Below, one piece after another: positions 9,880-18,242 of a stretch of 51,741 nt of DNA; positions within the stretch are counted from its first letter, which is position 1; every line of letters begins with the position of its first letter. The notes under the pieces are model-generated. The model was given only the letters and a program-made list of their open reading frames with translations. It searched no databases and had not been told where the DNA came from. A program made the position numbers and the translations under genes. The stretch is from Ferrithrix thermotolerans DSM 19514 (GTDB lineage: Bacteria; Actinomycetota; Acidimicrobiia; Acidimicrobiales; Ilumatobacteraceae): assembly GCA_945861325.1 (NCBI GenBank), contig CAMATY010000001.1:1-51741 (forward strand), written 5' to 3'.

Positions 9880-9904
9880 GAATGGCGATTTTAAAACGGC
9901 AATT

Positions 9905-10828
9905 TCATTCAATAATTGACCCGCGCTGGGAGGTGATTCTGCCGTAAACCTCTGGTCGACGGTAACGGTTGAAATCAAAAAGCGTATTTTTATAGTTGTT
10001 GCACCAGTCCAAATCGCAAACTGCAGTCACAACTTCATCTTCGCTTGTTGAAGTTTTGGCGAGTATCTCACCCGACGGGGCAATGATACTTGAGTCGGCC
10101 AAACTGTCTACGCCTTCTTCGATACCTCCTTTTGCCACACCAACGACAAACGTGCCGTTTTGATAAGCGCCACTTTGCATCACAAGAGCGTTGTGAAAAC
10201 TCTGAAGCGGGTCTTGCGTCGGATCAGGAACATATTGCAGCGGCGTGTTGTATCCACAGAGAATCATTTCAACACCTTGTAAACCCATCACACGATAACT
10301 TTCTGGCCATCGACGATCATTACAGATCATCATTCCAATTCGACCACCGAACGCCTTCCAAACTCCGAAGCCTTCGTCGCTAGGTTTAAAGTAATAACGC
10401 TCGGCGTGTTGAAATGGTCGATCAGGCTCGTGATGTTCATGCCCAGGAATATGTACTTTACGATATTTGGCAACAGTTGAACCATCGCGTTCAACTAAAA
10501 TTTGTGTATTGAAGCGCTCTCCTTGCGGTGTCAACTCTGCGTAGCCCAAACAAAAACCTATTGCAAGTTTTTTCGCTTCGTCAAAAAGTGGTCTCGTGAT
10601 TGCTGATGGCATTTGCGTTTCGTACCAATGATCTGCGGTCGAAATATCTTCGACAAACCACCGCGGAAAAAAAGTGGTCAAAGCCAACTCCGGAAATACG
10701 ACCAACTCTGCTTTGTGTGAATGCGCTTCGCGCAGCAACGCTATTAAACGCTGGACTACCGCCGTGCGATCATCTTGCCGCTGAACCGGACCAAGTTGTG
10801 CGGCAGCGACTTTGATCGAGCGAGACAT
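9905..10828 (-). CDS. CN-hydrolase (nitrilase superfamily) enzyme, N-carbamoyl-D-amino-acid hydrolase-like (307 aa)
   Basis: Glu-Lys-Cys triad contexts VVFPELALTTFFPRW, KYRKVHIPG and MMICNDRRWPE. The overall pattern is close to Agrobacterium D-carbamoylase as I recall it. Confidence 0.8.
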   Translation of the reverse strand: MSRSIKVAAAQLGPVQRQDDRTAVVQRLIALLREAHSHKAELVVFPELALTTFFPRWFVEDISTADHWYETQMPSAITRPLFDEAKKLAIGFCLGYAELTPQGERFNTQILVERDGSTVAKYRKVHIPGHEHHEPDRPFQHAERYYFKPSDEGFGVWKAFGGRIGMMICNDRRWPESYRVMGLQGVEMILCGYNTPLQYVPDPTQDPLQSFHNALVMQSGAYQNGTFVVGVAKGGIEEGVDSLADSSIIAPSGEILAKTSTSEDEVVTAVCDLDWCNNYKNTLFDFNRYRRPEVYGRITSQRGSIIE

Positions 10829-12100
10829 CTAATTGTCGCTATCTGCATCAAGCGTTGTCAACGAAAGCATCGTGTGCAGCAAGATATTTGCACCCGCTAT
10901 CAAATCGATAGTTTCGGTGAATTCCGATGGGTTATGGCTGATCCCTTTGACACTGGGCACAAAAATCATTCCTGACGGACAAACGCGTGCGAGCATCTGT
11001 GCGTCATGACCCGCACCTGAAGGCATTCGTTGCACGGTGTTACCTTGTGCTTTAGCGATCTGTTCAACGCAGTCGATGACTCGCTCGTCAAAAATAACCG
11101 GCTCAAAGCGGGCGAGTTGTCTCGTGGTGATTTTTACACCTTCGCTTTTGGCTAGTCCAACAAAAAAATCTGCAATTTGTGACTCGGCTTTTTGCAATAG
11201 TATTTCATCGGTATTGCGAACATCAAGAGTGATTGTTGCTTTGGCGGCTACAACGTTTGTCAGATTCGGGTGAATGTCAATCTTTCCGACTGTACATACT
11301 TGATGACCACCCATCTGCTTGGCGAGATTACGGACAAACACTGTTATCTCGGCGGCAACATAAGCAGGATCATGTCGCAACGACATCGGAGTAGTTCCAG
11401 CATGATTTGACTGACCCGTAATCACCACCTCTTGCCATGAGATTCCTTGCACGCTGGTCACTGCGCCAATTCGAACATTGTTTGCCTCAAGCATCGGACC
11501 TTGTTCAATATGCAATTCAACAAACGCATGCGGAATTAAACCTGGGCAAGGTGTGGTGCCTGCATAGCCAATTCGAAGAAGTTCTTCACCAAGAATTGCG
11601 CCGTCAATTGCAACAACATCCAACGCTTGTTCTAACGGCATGCCACCCACATAGACAAGTGAACCGAGCATGTCAGGAGCAAAACGCGAGCCTTCTTCGT
11701 CTGTAAAAATTCCAACAGCAAGTGGCCTTGAAGGTTTAATACCTGATTGTTGACAAGTCTCGATTACTTCAAGAGCGGCAAGGACTCCGTAACATCCGTC
11801 GAATCTGCCACCAGTTCGCACGGTGTCAATATGCGATCCTGACATCACTGGCGCACCTTGACCAATATTCCATATCCCAATAATGTTGCCAATTGCATCA
11901 ATTAACACATCTAAATTGCAATCTTTCATCCACGAGATGAGTAAGTCGCGTCCATATTTATCGTCGTCGGTAAGAGCAAGTCGACAGTTTCCGCCACCAT
12001 CAATCGGTGAGATTTCGGCTAATGAATTGATTCGTCTCATCAAGCGATCACCGTCAACTGACAGCGAGAGATGCTGCTTACTTAAATCACCAATTGCCAC
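10829..12100 (-). CDS. M20-family Zn hydrolase of the allantoate amidohydrolase / N-carbamoyl-L-amino-acid hydrolase / beta-ureidopropionase group (423 aa)
   Basis: GSHIDTVRTGGRFDG, FTDEEGSRF, HNPSEF and a dimerisation-domain pattern. GTG start. The stop abuts the next start (0 nt). Confidence 0.8.
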   Translation of the reverse strand: MAIGDLSKQHLSLSVDGDRLMRRINSLAEISPIDGGGNCRLALTDDDKYGRDLLISWMKDCNLDVLIDAIGNIIGIWNIGQGAPVMSGSHIDTVRTGGRFDGCYGVLAALEVIETCQQSGIKPSRPLAVGIFTDEEGSRFAPDMLGSLVYVGGMPLEQALDVVAIDGAILGEELLRIGYAGTTPCPGLIPHAFVELHIEQGPMLEANNVRIGAVTSVQGISWQEVVITGQSNHAGTTPMSLRHDPAYVAAEITVFVRNLAKQMGGHQVCTVGKIDIHPNLTNVVAAKATITLDVRNTDEILLQKAESQIADFFVGLAKSEGVKITTRQLARFEPVIFDERVIDCVEQIAKAQGNTVQRMPSGAGHDAQMLARVCPSGMIFVPSVKGISHNPSEFTETIDLIAGANILLHTMLSLTTLDADSDN

Positions 12101-12137
12101 TTAGAGATTTTACACCATCATTTGCCATGATGGGTGG

Positions 12138-13484
12138 GTGATTAATCGAGAGAAACTTACACAACTGATCAGTGCTGAAGAAGAGTTATTCGTGTGCCGT
12201 AATCCAAAGTCTCAACAAGTAGCTGTATCGGCAAGTAGATCACTTGTTTCTGGTGTTCCAATGCCGTGGATGACTAGATGGTCTGGGGCATTTCCGATTT
12301 GTGTCGATAAAGCCAGTGGCGCAAAATTTACAGATATAGACGGAAATGAATACATCGATTTTTGCCTTGGTGACACAGGATCAATGACGGGTCACGCTGT
12401 TGAGCAAATTTCTCAAGCGATCACGAAGCAACTTGCAAATGGCTCGACAATGATGTTGCCGACGCAAGATGCCTTTTGGGTAGGTGAAGAGTTAACCCGT
12501 AGGTTCGGTCTCCCTAAATGGCAATTTACAGTAAGTGCCACAGACGCAAATAGATTTGTTTTGCGAATTGCGCGGTCTTTAACCAAACGAAAAAAAGTTT
12601 TAGTTCATGATTGGTGCTACCACGGAACCGTTGACGAGACGTTGGTGATTGCCGATAGTCACGGTAGAACTATTTCAAGACCTGGCGCGATTGGCCCACA
12701 AGTGGATCCCGCGGAGACGACACGAGTTGTAGCCTTCAATGATCTCGAAGCACTTGAAGAGCAGCTATCTCATCGCGATGTTGCATGCATGTTGATTGAA
12801 CCTGCGTTGACAAATATCGGGATAGTTCTTCCTGATCAAGGATATTTGGATGGTGTTCGAGAACTGACTCACAAATATGGAACGCTGTTGGCTATTGATG
12901 AGACACACACGATCTGTGCGGGTTCAGGGGGCTGCACGAAACTTTGGAATCTGAAGCCGGATATTTTGGTGGTTGGAAAAACAATCGGAGGCGGAATTCC
13001 AGTGGCTGCATATGGCTTGAGCCGTGAAGTTGCCGAGCAAATTGAAAGACAACTGAGTAACCATGAAGTTGATGTCTCTGGCATTGGCGGAACACTGTCG
13101 GGAAGCGCACTTGCAATGGCCGCAGTTCGCGCAACACTTACAAATAGTTTGTTACAGCCTCAGTTCAATGATGCGATCGTGTTGGCTTCAAGATGGGCGG
13201 AAGGTGTAAAGAACTCGTATCTTAAGCACGGATTGAATTGGAGTGTGCAGCAATTAGGTTGTCGCGCTGAGTATTGTTTTGCCGAACTTCCACGCACTGG
13301 CGCCCAAGCAGCTAACGCTTCTGATCCACAACTAGAGAGTTTCTTGCACATCTGGGCAATCAATCGCGGCGTGTTGCTGACACCTTTTCACAATATGGCT
13401 TTGATTTCGCCATTTCATAGCGCGCAAGACATAGATCTTCACACGCAAATCTTTGATCAGGCACTAGGCGCCTTGAGTAACTGA
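12138..13484 (+). CDS. Class-III (GSA-aminomutase-like) PLP-dependent aminotransferase (448 aa)
   Basis: DTGSMTGH, LIEPALTN, AIDETHT, VVGKTIGGGIP (PLP lysine context). GTG start 37 nt from the divergent M20 gene. Confidence 0.8.
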   Translation: MINREKLTQLISAEEELFVCRNPKSQQVAVSASRSLVSGVPMPWMTRWSGAFPICVDKASGAKFTDIDGNEYIDFCLGDTGSMTGHAVEQISQAITKQLANGSTMMLPTQDAFWVGEELTRRFGLPKWQFTVSATDANRFVLRIARSLTKRKKVLVHDWCYHGTVDETLVIADSHGRTISRPGAIGPQVDPAETTRVVAFNDLEALEEQLSHRDVACMLIEPALTNIGIVLPDQGYLDGVRELTHKYGTLLAIDETHTICAGSGGCTKLWNLKPDILVVGKTIGGGIPVAAYGLSREVAEQIERQLSNHEVDVSGIGGTLSGSALAMAAVRATLTNSLLQPQFNDAIVLASRWAEGVKNSYLKHGLNWSVQQLGCRAEYCFAELPRTGAQAANASDPQLESFLHIWAINRGVLLTPFHNMALISPFHSAQDIDLHTQIFDQALGALSN

Positions 13485-13490
13485 CGAAGC

Positions 13491-14222
13491 ATGACACCAC
13501 AACAGTTTCTGTGCATTGCTCTGATTGTTTTCGGAGCATCAATCATTCAGGCATTATTTGGTTTCGGCTTCGGGTTGATATCGGTGCCGCTGATGATTTT
13601 CTTTATTGATCTGCCAACGGCGGTTGTGACTGCGACTGCTGTCTCAACTGTAAGTTGTTCTGTTCAATGGTGGGAATCGCGCGCGGTTGATGTGCGCGAG
13701 ATGTCGATGCGGCTTATTCGCTCAGCGATCGTTGGCATGCCATTTGGGCTTTGGTTACTGCTCAATATTGATGCTCGACTAATGAAAGCCTTACTAGGAG
13801 TAGTCGTATTAATCGGAGTTTTTCTGAGCATCAAGGGTTTTGATTTGCAACGACTACCCAAATCTTTTGATTACACGATGGGCTTTATCTCTGGAGTTTT
13901 ATCGACAGCGACTTCGACAAACGGTCCGCCGTTGGTTTTTTTGCTACATGCTCGCCACTATTCACCCGAGAACTTTCGTGCTGTGTTGAACCGGGTGTTT
14001 TCTTTCCTGAACTTTCTTACGCTGATAATTTTTACGGTGGCGGGAAAACTAACAAGCGATGCCTTACGACTTGCGATGCTTTCGATTCCTGTTATGGGAT
14101 GTGGTGTATTTCTCGGAACACGAATGAGAAAAAGAATCAACCCTGAACATTTTAGAAACCTCGTAATTGGCTTGTTGTTGTTAAGCGGGCTTAGCGCAAT
14201 AGCCAATTCAATATTCAGTTGA
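13491..14222 (+). CDS. TauE/SafE-family anion (sulfite/organosulfonate-type) permease (243 aa)
   Basis: About 7-8 hydrophobic helices in two internally similar halves (GFGFGLISVPLM... / GVLSTATSTNGPPL). 6 nt downstream of the aminotransferase gene. Confidence 0.75.
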   Translation: MTPQQFLCIALIVFGASIIQALFGFGFGLISVPLMIFFIDLPTAVVTATAVSTVSCSVQWWESRAVDVREMSMRLIRSAIVGMPFGLWLLLNIDARLMKALLGVVVLIGVFLSIKGFDLQRLPKSFDYTMGFISGVLSTATSTNGPPLVFLLHARHYSPENFRAVLNRVFSFLNFLTLIIFTVAGKLTSDALRLAMLSIPVMGCGVFLGTRMRKRINPEHFRNLVIGLLLLSGLSAIANSIFS

Positions 14223-14241
14223 GTTTAAGAATTGCTCAGAC

Positions 14242-14961
14242 TTAGCGACTAAACCATTCAAGCCATTGTTGCTGGGTTTGTGGTTCGAACACGTGGTTAG
14301 TGGCAACTACATCGCCTAAATTGCTTGACGGCATTGCCGAATATTGGTGACCAGGGCAGACCAATGTGTCAACAGGCATTTTGGCTAGTTTTTGTAAACT
14401 GAAAAACATTTCACCAGGGTCGCTACCTGGAAGATCGGTACGACCGCAGCCCTCTAAAAATAATGTATCTCCTGCTATCAGTCGCTGCTCAACCAAAAAA
14501 CATTGGCTACCTGGAGTATGTCCTGGGGTATGTACTAAGGTGATTTCGATTTCGCCAACAGTAATTTTTTCGCCACCTTCATGTTTGGCTAAGTCGCGGT
14601 CGGAGATTCCGGTCGTGCGAGTGACCCAGGTCGATTCGGCACTATTGACATGAATCGGCACATGATGTTTTTCAAGTAATGCAGCCACGCCCTGAATGTT
14701 CATTCCCATCATTGATCCGCCTACGTGATCAGGATGGTAGTGAGTTGCTAGAACTCCACTGAGTTTCATGTCGTCGTGTTCAATGATTGACAGCAAATCG
14801 TCAACGGCATATGCAGGGTCGACGACAACACACTCACGCGTCTGTGTATCACCGATCAAATAAACGAAATTCACCATCTGATTGGCGAGGTGATCAGACT
14901 TAGCAAAATCACGGCCCGATAACAATTGCCTAAAATAAAGCCGATCAGATGTCATAGCCAT
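14242..14961 (-). CDS. MBL-fold metallo-hydrolase, ETHE1/persulfide-dioxygenase- or glyoxalase-II-like (239 aa)
   Basis: THYHPDHVGG (HxHxDH), HTPGHTPGS, GDTLFLEGCGRTDLPG, CPGHQY. Confidence 0.8.
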   Translation of the reverse strand: MAMTSDRLYFRQLLSGRDFAKSDHLANQMVNFVYLIGDTQTRECVVVDPAYAVDDLLSIIEHDDMKLSGVLATHYHPDHVGGSMMGMNIQGVAALLEKHHVPIHVNSAESTWVTRTTGISDRDLAKHEGGEKITVGEIEITLVHTPGHTPGSQCFLVEQRLIAGDTLFLEGCGRTDLPGSDPGEMFFSLQKLAKMPVDTLVCPGHQYSAMPSSNLGDVVATNHVFEPQTQQQWLEWFSR

Positions 14962-14992
14962 TGGCTTTAGGCTAGCGACCTAGTCTGATGCC

Positions 14993-16084
14993 GTGAGTTA
15001 TTCAGTGCGCGAACTGCGATACGCAATAATCGGCGCTGGAATGATGGGTCGTGAGCACATTCGAAATTTGCTGGCGATTGAAAACTGTAAAGTAGTCGCA
15101 ATTTGCGACAGTCACGAGCCAAGTCGAGTCGCCGCTTCACAATTGCTACCTGAAGCGAAATTATTTGTCAATTATCAAGATCTCTTAGATGCTGCCGAAC
15201 TTGCAATAGACGTAGTTGTGATTGCGACACCTAATCACACGCACGCTGAAATTCTTAAGGAGGTGCTGGCAACCGGCGTTCATGTACTCGTCGAGAAACC
15301 GCTTTGTTTAACTGTTGCCGAATGCGAACTTGCGATCTCACAAGAGCAAACAACACACCGTGATGGACGAGTTGTTTGGGTGGGTCTTGAGTATCGATAT
15401 ATGGCCCCGACGGCACGACTTTTGACCGAAATACAAAATGGCACTTGCGGCGATGTGAAAATGATTTCGATCCGTGAACACCGATTTCCTTTCTTACACA
15501 AAGTCGATAACTGGAATAGATTCAGTAAAAACACTGGTGGCACACTCGTCGAGAAGTGCTGTCATTTTTTTGATGTGATGAATCTGATTGCTGGTTCGGA
15601 GGCTGTTCGCGTCTACGCTTCGGGCGATCAAGATGTTAATCACCTTGATGAGATATACGATGGTCAAAAATCTGACATTTTAGATAATGCCTTCGTGATA
15701 GTTGATTACAAAAATGGAATCCGTGGAATGCTCGATTTATCAATGTTTGCCGAAGGTTCTAAGAACGAGCAAGAAATCTGCGTGGTCGGAAGTACCGCAA
15801 AGATCGATGCTTTGATCACAGACTCTGTGGTTCGAATCGGCAGGCGAGAATCTGGGGCGAGCGGCGTTGAAGATTTCATCGTTGCACAACCCGAAGGAGT
15901 CATTGCTGGCTTTCATGCGGGTGCTTCATATCTTGAGCACCTCGCAATGCAAAAAGCAATCCGTGAAAACGGCAAAGCAGAAGTTACTTTGCACGACGGT
16001 TTGCGCTCAGTGGCAATAGGGCAGGCTGCTCATCTGAGCATTGAACTACGCCGTGCAGTAAATATTAATGAATTGATTAAATAA
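14993..16084 (+). CDS. Gfo/Idh/MocA-family NAD(P)-dependent oxidoreductase (363 aa)
   Basis: N-terminal Rossmann IIGAGMMGREH, EKP motif (VLVEKPL), C-terminal alpha/beta domain. GTG start. Confidence 0.85.
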   Translation: MSYSVRELRYAIIGAGMMGREHIRNLLAIENCKVVAICDSHEPSRVAASQLLPEAKLFVNYQDLLDAAELAIDVVVIATPNHTHAEILKEVLATGVHVLVEKPLCLTVAECELAISQEQTTHRDGRVVWVGLEYRYMAPTARLLTEIQNGTCGDVKMISIREHRFPFLHKVDNWNRFSKNTGGTLVEKCCHFFDVMNLIAGSEAVRVYASGDQDVNHLDEIYDGQKSDILDNAFVIVDYKNGIRGMLDLSMFAEGSKNEQEICVVGSTAKIDALITDSVVRIGRRESGASGVEDFIVAQPEGVIAGFHAGASYLEHLAMQKAIRENGKAEVTLHDGLRSVAIGQAAHLSIELRRAVNINELIK

Positions 16085-16847
16085 CCAGAGTTAATCCACC
16101 ATCAACTACGAGAATTTGCCCAGTTGCAAATTTATTTCGGATTAGAGCGATCGTTGCTTGCGCACAATCGTGCGGGGTTGCAGACCGTCGCAGTGGTGCG
16201 ATCTTTGCAACATTGTCGTGTTGGTTTTGCCAATCTTTTGTCCACGGGGTTTCGACTAATCCTGGTGCGACAGCATTCACCCGCACTGGGCCGCATGACT
16301 TTGCCAGTAATAAAGTCATGTGATTTAAAGCGGCCTTTGTCATGGCGTAGGCGATCGAACTGCCAACTGGTCGAACTCCAGCAATCGATGTGATATTTAC
16401 AACATTGCCGTCAGTACTTTTCGAAAGAAATGGAATTGCTGCTTTTGTCAACCACCATGTGCCAAAAACATTGACATCAAAAGTTTTGGCGAAAATTTCG
16501 TCGGTCAATGCATCCAGATCGTGATGCGCTACGAGTGTTGTCCATCCGGCGTTATTGATCAAGATATCCAATTTGCCGAAATTCGCTATTGTCGTATCAA
16601 TAAGTTTCTGTCCTGATTGCCTATCAGCAATATCAGCCTGAATATAAATAGAGTTATTTTCAAGAGACTCGGCTATTTTTTGACCTGCTTCAATTGACGA
16701 GGACGAATTCACAACAACAGTTGCTCCTAAACCACTCAGCCGACGAGCAATCTCTTCACCGATGCCAGATGAAGACCCAGTGACGATTGCAATTTGTCCT
16801 GCAAGTTCTTTGGGTGAACCTTCTAAATTTTTCGGTTGCGTCATCAT
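16077..16847 (-). CDS. Short-chain dehydrogenase/reductase (SDR, 256 aa)
   Basis: TGSSSGIG cofactor motif, NNAG, S...YAMTKAA (YxxxK). Confidence 0.9.
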   Translation of the reverse strand: MMTQPKNLEGSPKELAGQIAIVTGSSSGIGEEIARRLSGLGATVVVNSSSSIEAGQKIAESLENNSIYIQADIADRQSGQKLIDTTIANFGKLDILINNAGWTTLVAHHDLDALTDEIFAKTFDVNVFGTWWLTKAAIPFLSKSTDGNVVNITSIAGVRPVGSSIAYAMTKAALNHMTLLLAKSCGPVRVNAVAPGLVETPWTKDWQNQHDNVAKIAPLRRSATPHDCAQATIALIRNKFATGQILVVDGGLTLVI

Positions 16848-16868
16848 CTCAGCACCTGCTACTAGTTT

Positions 16869-18242
16869 TCATAAAAACATATCAAGAATTTTGGCCCGAA
16901 CTTTGTCGGGCTTGTTCGTTGAGGATTCGTGCCTATCAATGCCTGCAGAAAGTTTTAATAAGCCATTGATACCAAAATAACGCATCGGCTCAGGTTCCCA
17001 CTTACGCGATGAATAGTTGACCCATGGCAGTTTTGTCAGTGGATGCGAATCATTGGCTATTAAGTGGGCGAGTGTTCGCGCCGCTAAATTCGTTGAGGCA
17101 ACACCATCGCCGACATAGCCACCCAACGACGCGAGACCGGTTTTGGCATCATAATTTACCGATGGATGCCAATTTCTTGGAACACCAAGTGGACCACCCC
17201 AGCGCTTAGTGATCTCAAGTGATTTAGTAACCGGAAAGACTTGATGCATCGACTCAATAATTCTTTGATGAATAACTTCGTGGGTGTCGAATGCAGGTTT
17301 CACTCTTGAGCCAAAGTGGTACGGTGCGCCTCGTCCACCAAATGCAATTCGACCATCTTTTGTAATCTGTACATAGATAATCATGTTCCGAGCATCGTGA
17401 TATGTCTCGCGGTTTATCCAGCCAATTTCTGCCCGTTGTGAATCCGTTAACGGTTCAGTGACAACCATGTACGAATACAGTGGTGCAAGCGTTCGTCGGT
17501 GTTGTCTGAGTTGTGATGTAAAACCCTCCGTTGCGCGAACGACAATCTGACAGCGCACTTTTGTATCTTGCAATTCAACAAACTGAGAACCAACTTTGGT
17601 TACTCGAGAATTTTCATAAATTTTCACTCCGCGTTTTTCAACGGCTCTCGCCAAGCCAAATGCCAGCTTTGCTGGGTGAATTGCAGCGCAGTGTGGGGTA
17701 TAACTAGACGATAAAAGACCATGAATACTAATTCTTGATAAGCACTCATCGGTAGTCAGCAATCGTAAATCGCTTTCAGTGAAACCGTATGACCTGGATT
17801 CGGCAACTTCGTCAACGATGCGTTTTTGTTGCACCAAATTCGTGGCTCCTTGAATTGTGCCGCCGCGCTGATAATCACAGTCAATGTCTTCGTTTGCTAA
17901 GACAGATTCGATTTCGTCAAGAGTCCGAAAACTTTCGCGGTACATATTTATAGCAGCGTCTCGTCCGTGTTCACGGTCTAGGTCGCTCAGCGTGACTGGC
18001 AAAAATCCGCTACACCATCCTCCATTTCGACCACTCGCGCCAAAGCCGACATGATCTGACTCAATAACTGCAATACGAAGATCGTTTTGAAGAAGTTTCA
18101 AATAGTAGGCAGACCAAAGACCGCTGTATCCGCCACCAACTATCGCGACATCGACATCAATATTTTCTTCGAGAGGTTCTCGCTTGACACGATGTTGAGC
18201 AATTGAGTCAAGCCAAAATGAACTCACCTCACTTTTGTCCAA
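16869..18242 (-). CDS. FAD-dependent (DAO-family, PuuB/OrdL-like) amine/amino-acid oxidoreductase
   Basis: Dinucleotide fold VAIVGGGYSGLWSAYYL. The likely true start is the GTG at 18227, which forms a GTGA overlap with the esterase stop. Confidence 0.8.
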   Translation of the reverse strand: MDKSEVSSFWLDSIAQHRVKREPLEENIDVDVAIVGGGYSGLWSAYYLKLLQNDLRIAVIESDHVGFGASGRNGGWCSGFLPVTLSDLDREHGRDAAINMYRESFRTLDEIESVLANEDIDCDYQRGGTIQGATNLVQQKRIVDEVAESRSYGFTESDLRLLTTDECLSRISIHGLLSSSYTPHCAAIHPAKLAFGLARAVEKRGVKIYENSRVTKVGSQFVELQDTKVRCQIVVRATEGFTSQLRQHRRTLAPLYSYMVVTEPLTDSQRAEIGWINRETYHDARNMIIYVQITKDGRIAFGGRGAPYHFGSRVKPAFDTHEVIHQRIIESMHQVFPVTKSLEITKRWGGPLGVPRNWHPSVNYDAKTGLASLGGYVGDGVASTNLAARTLAHLIANDSHPLTKLPWVNYSSRKWEPEPMRYFGINGLLKLSAGIDRHESSTNKPDKVRAKILDMFL

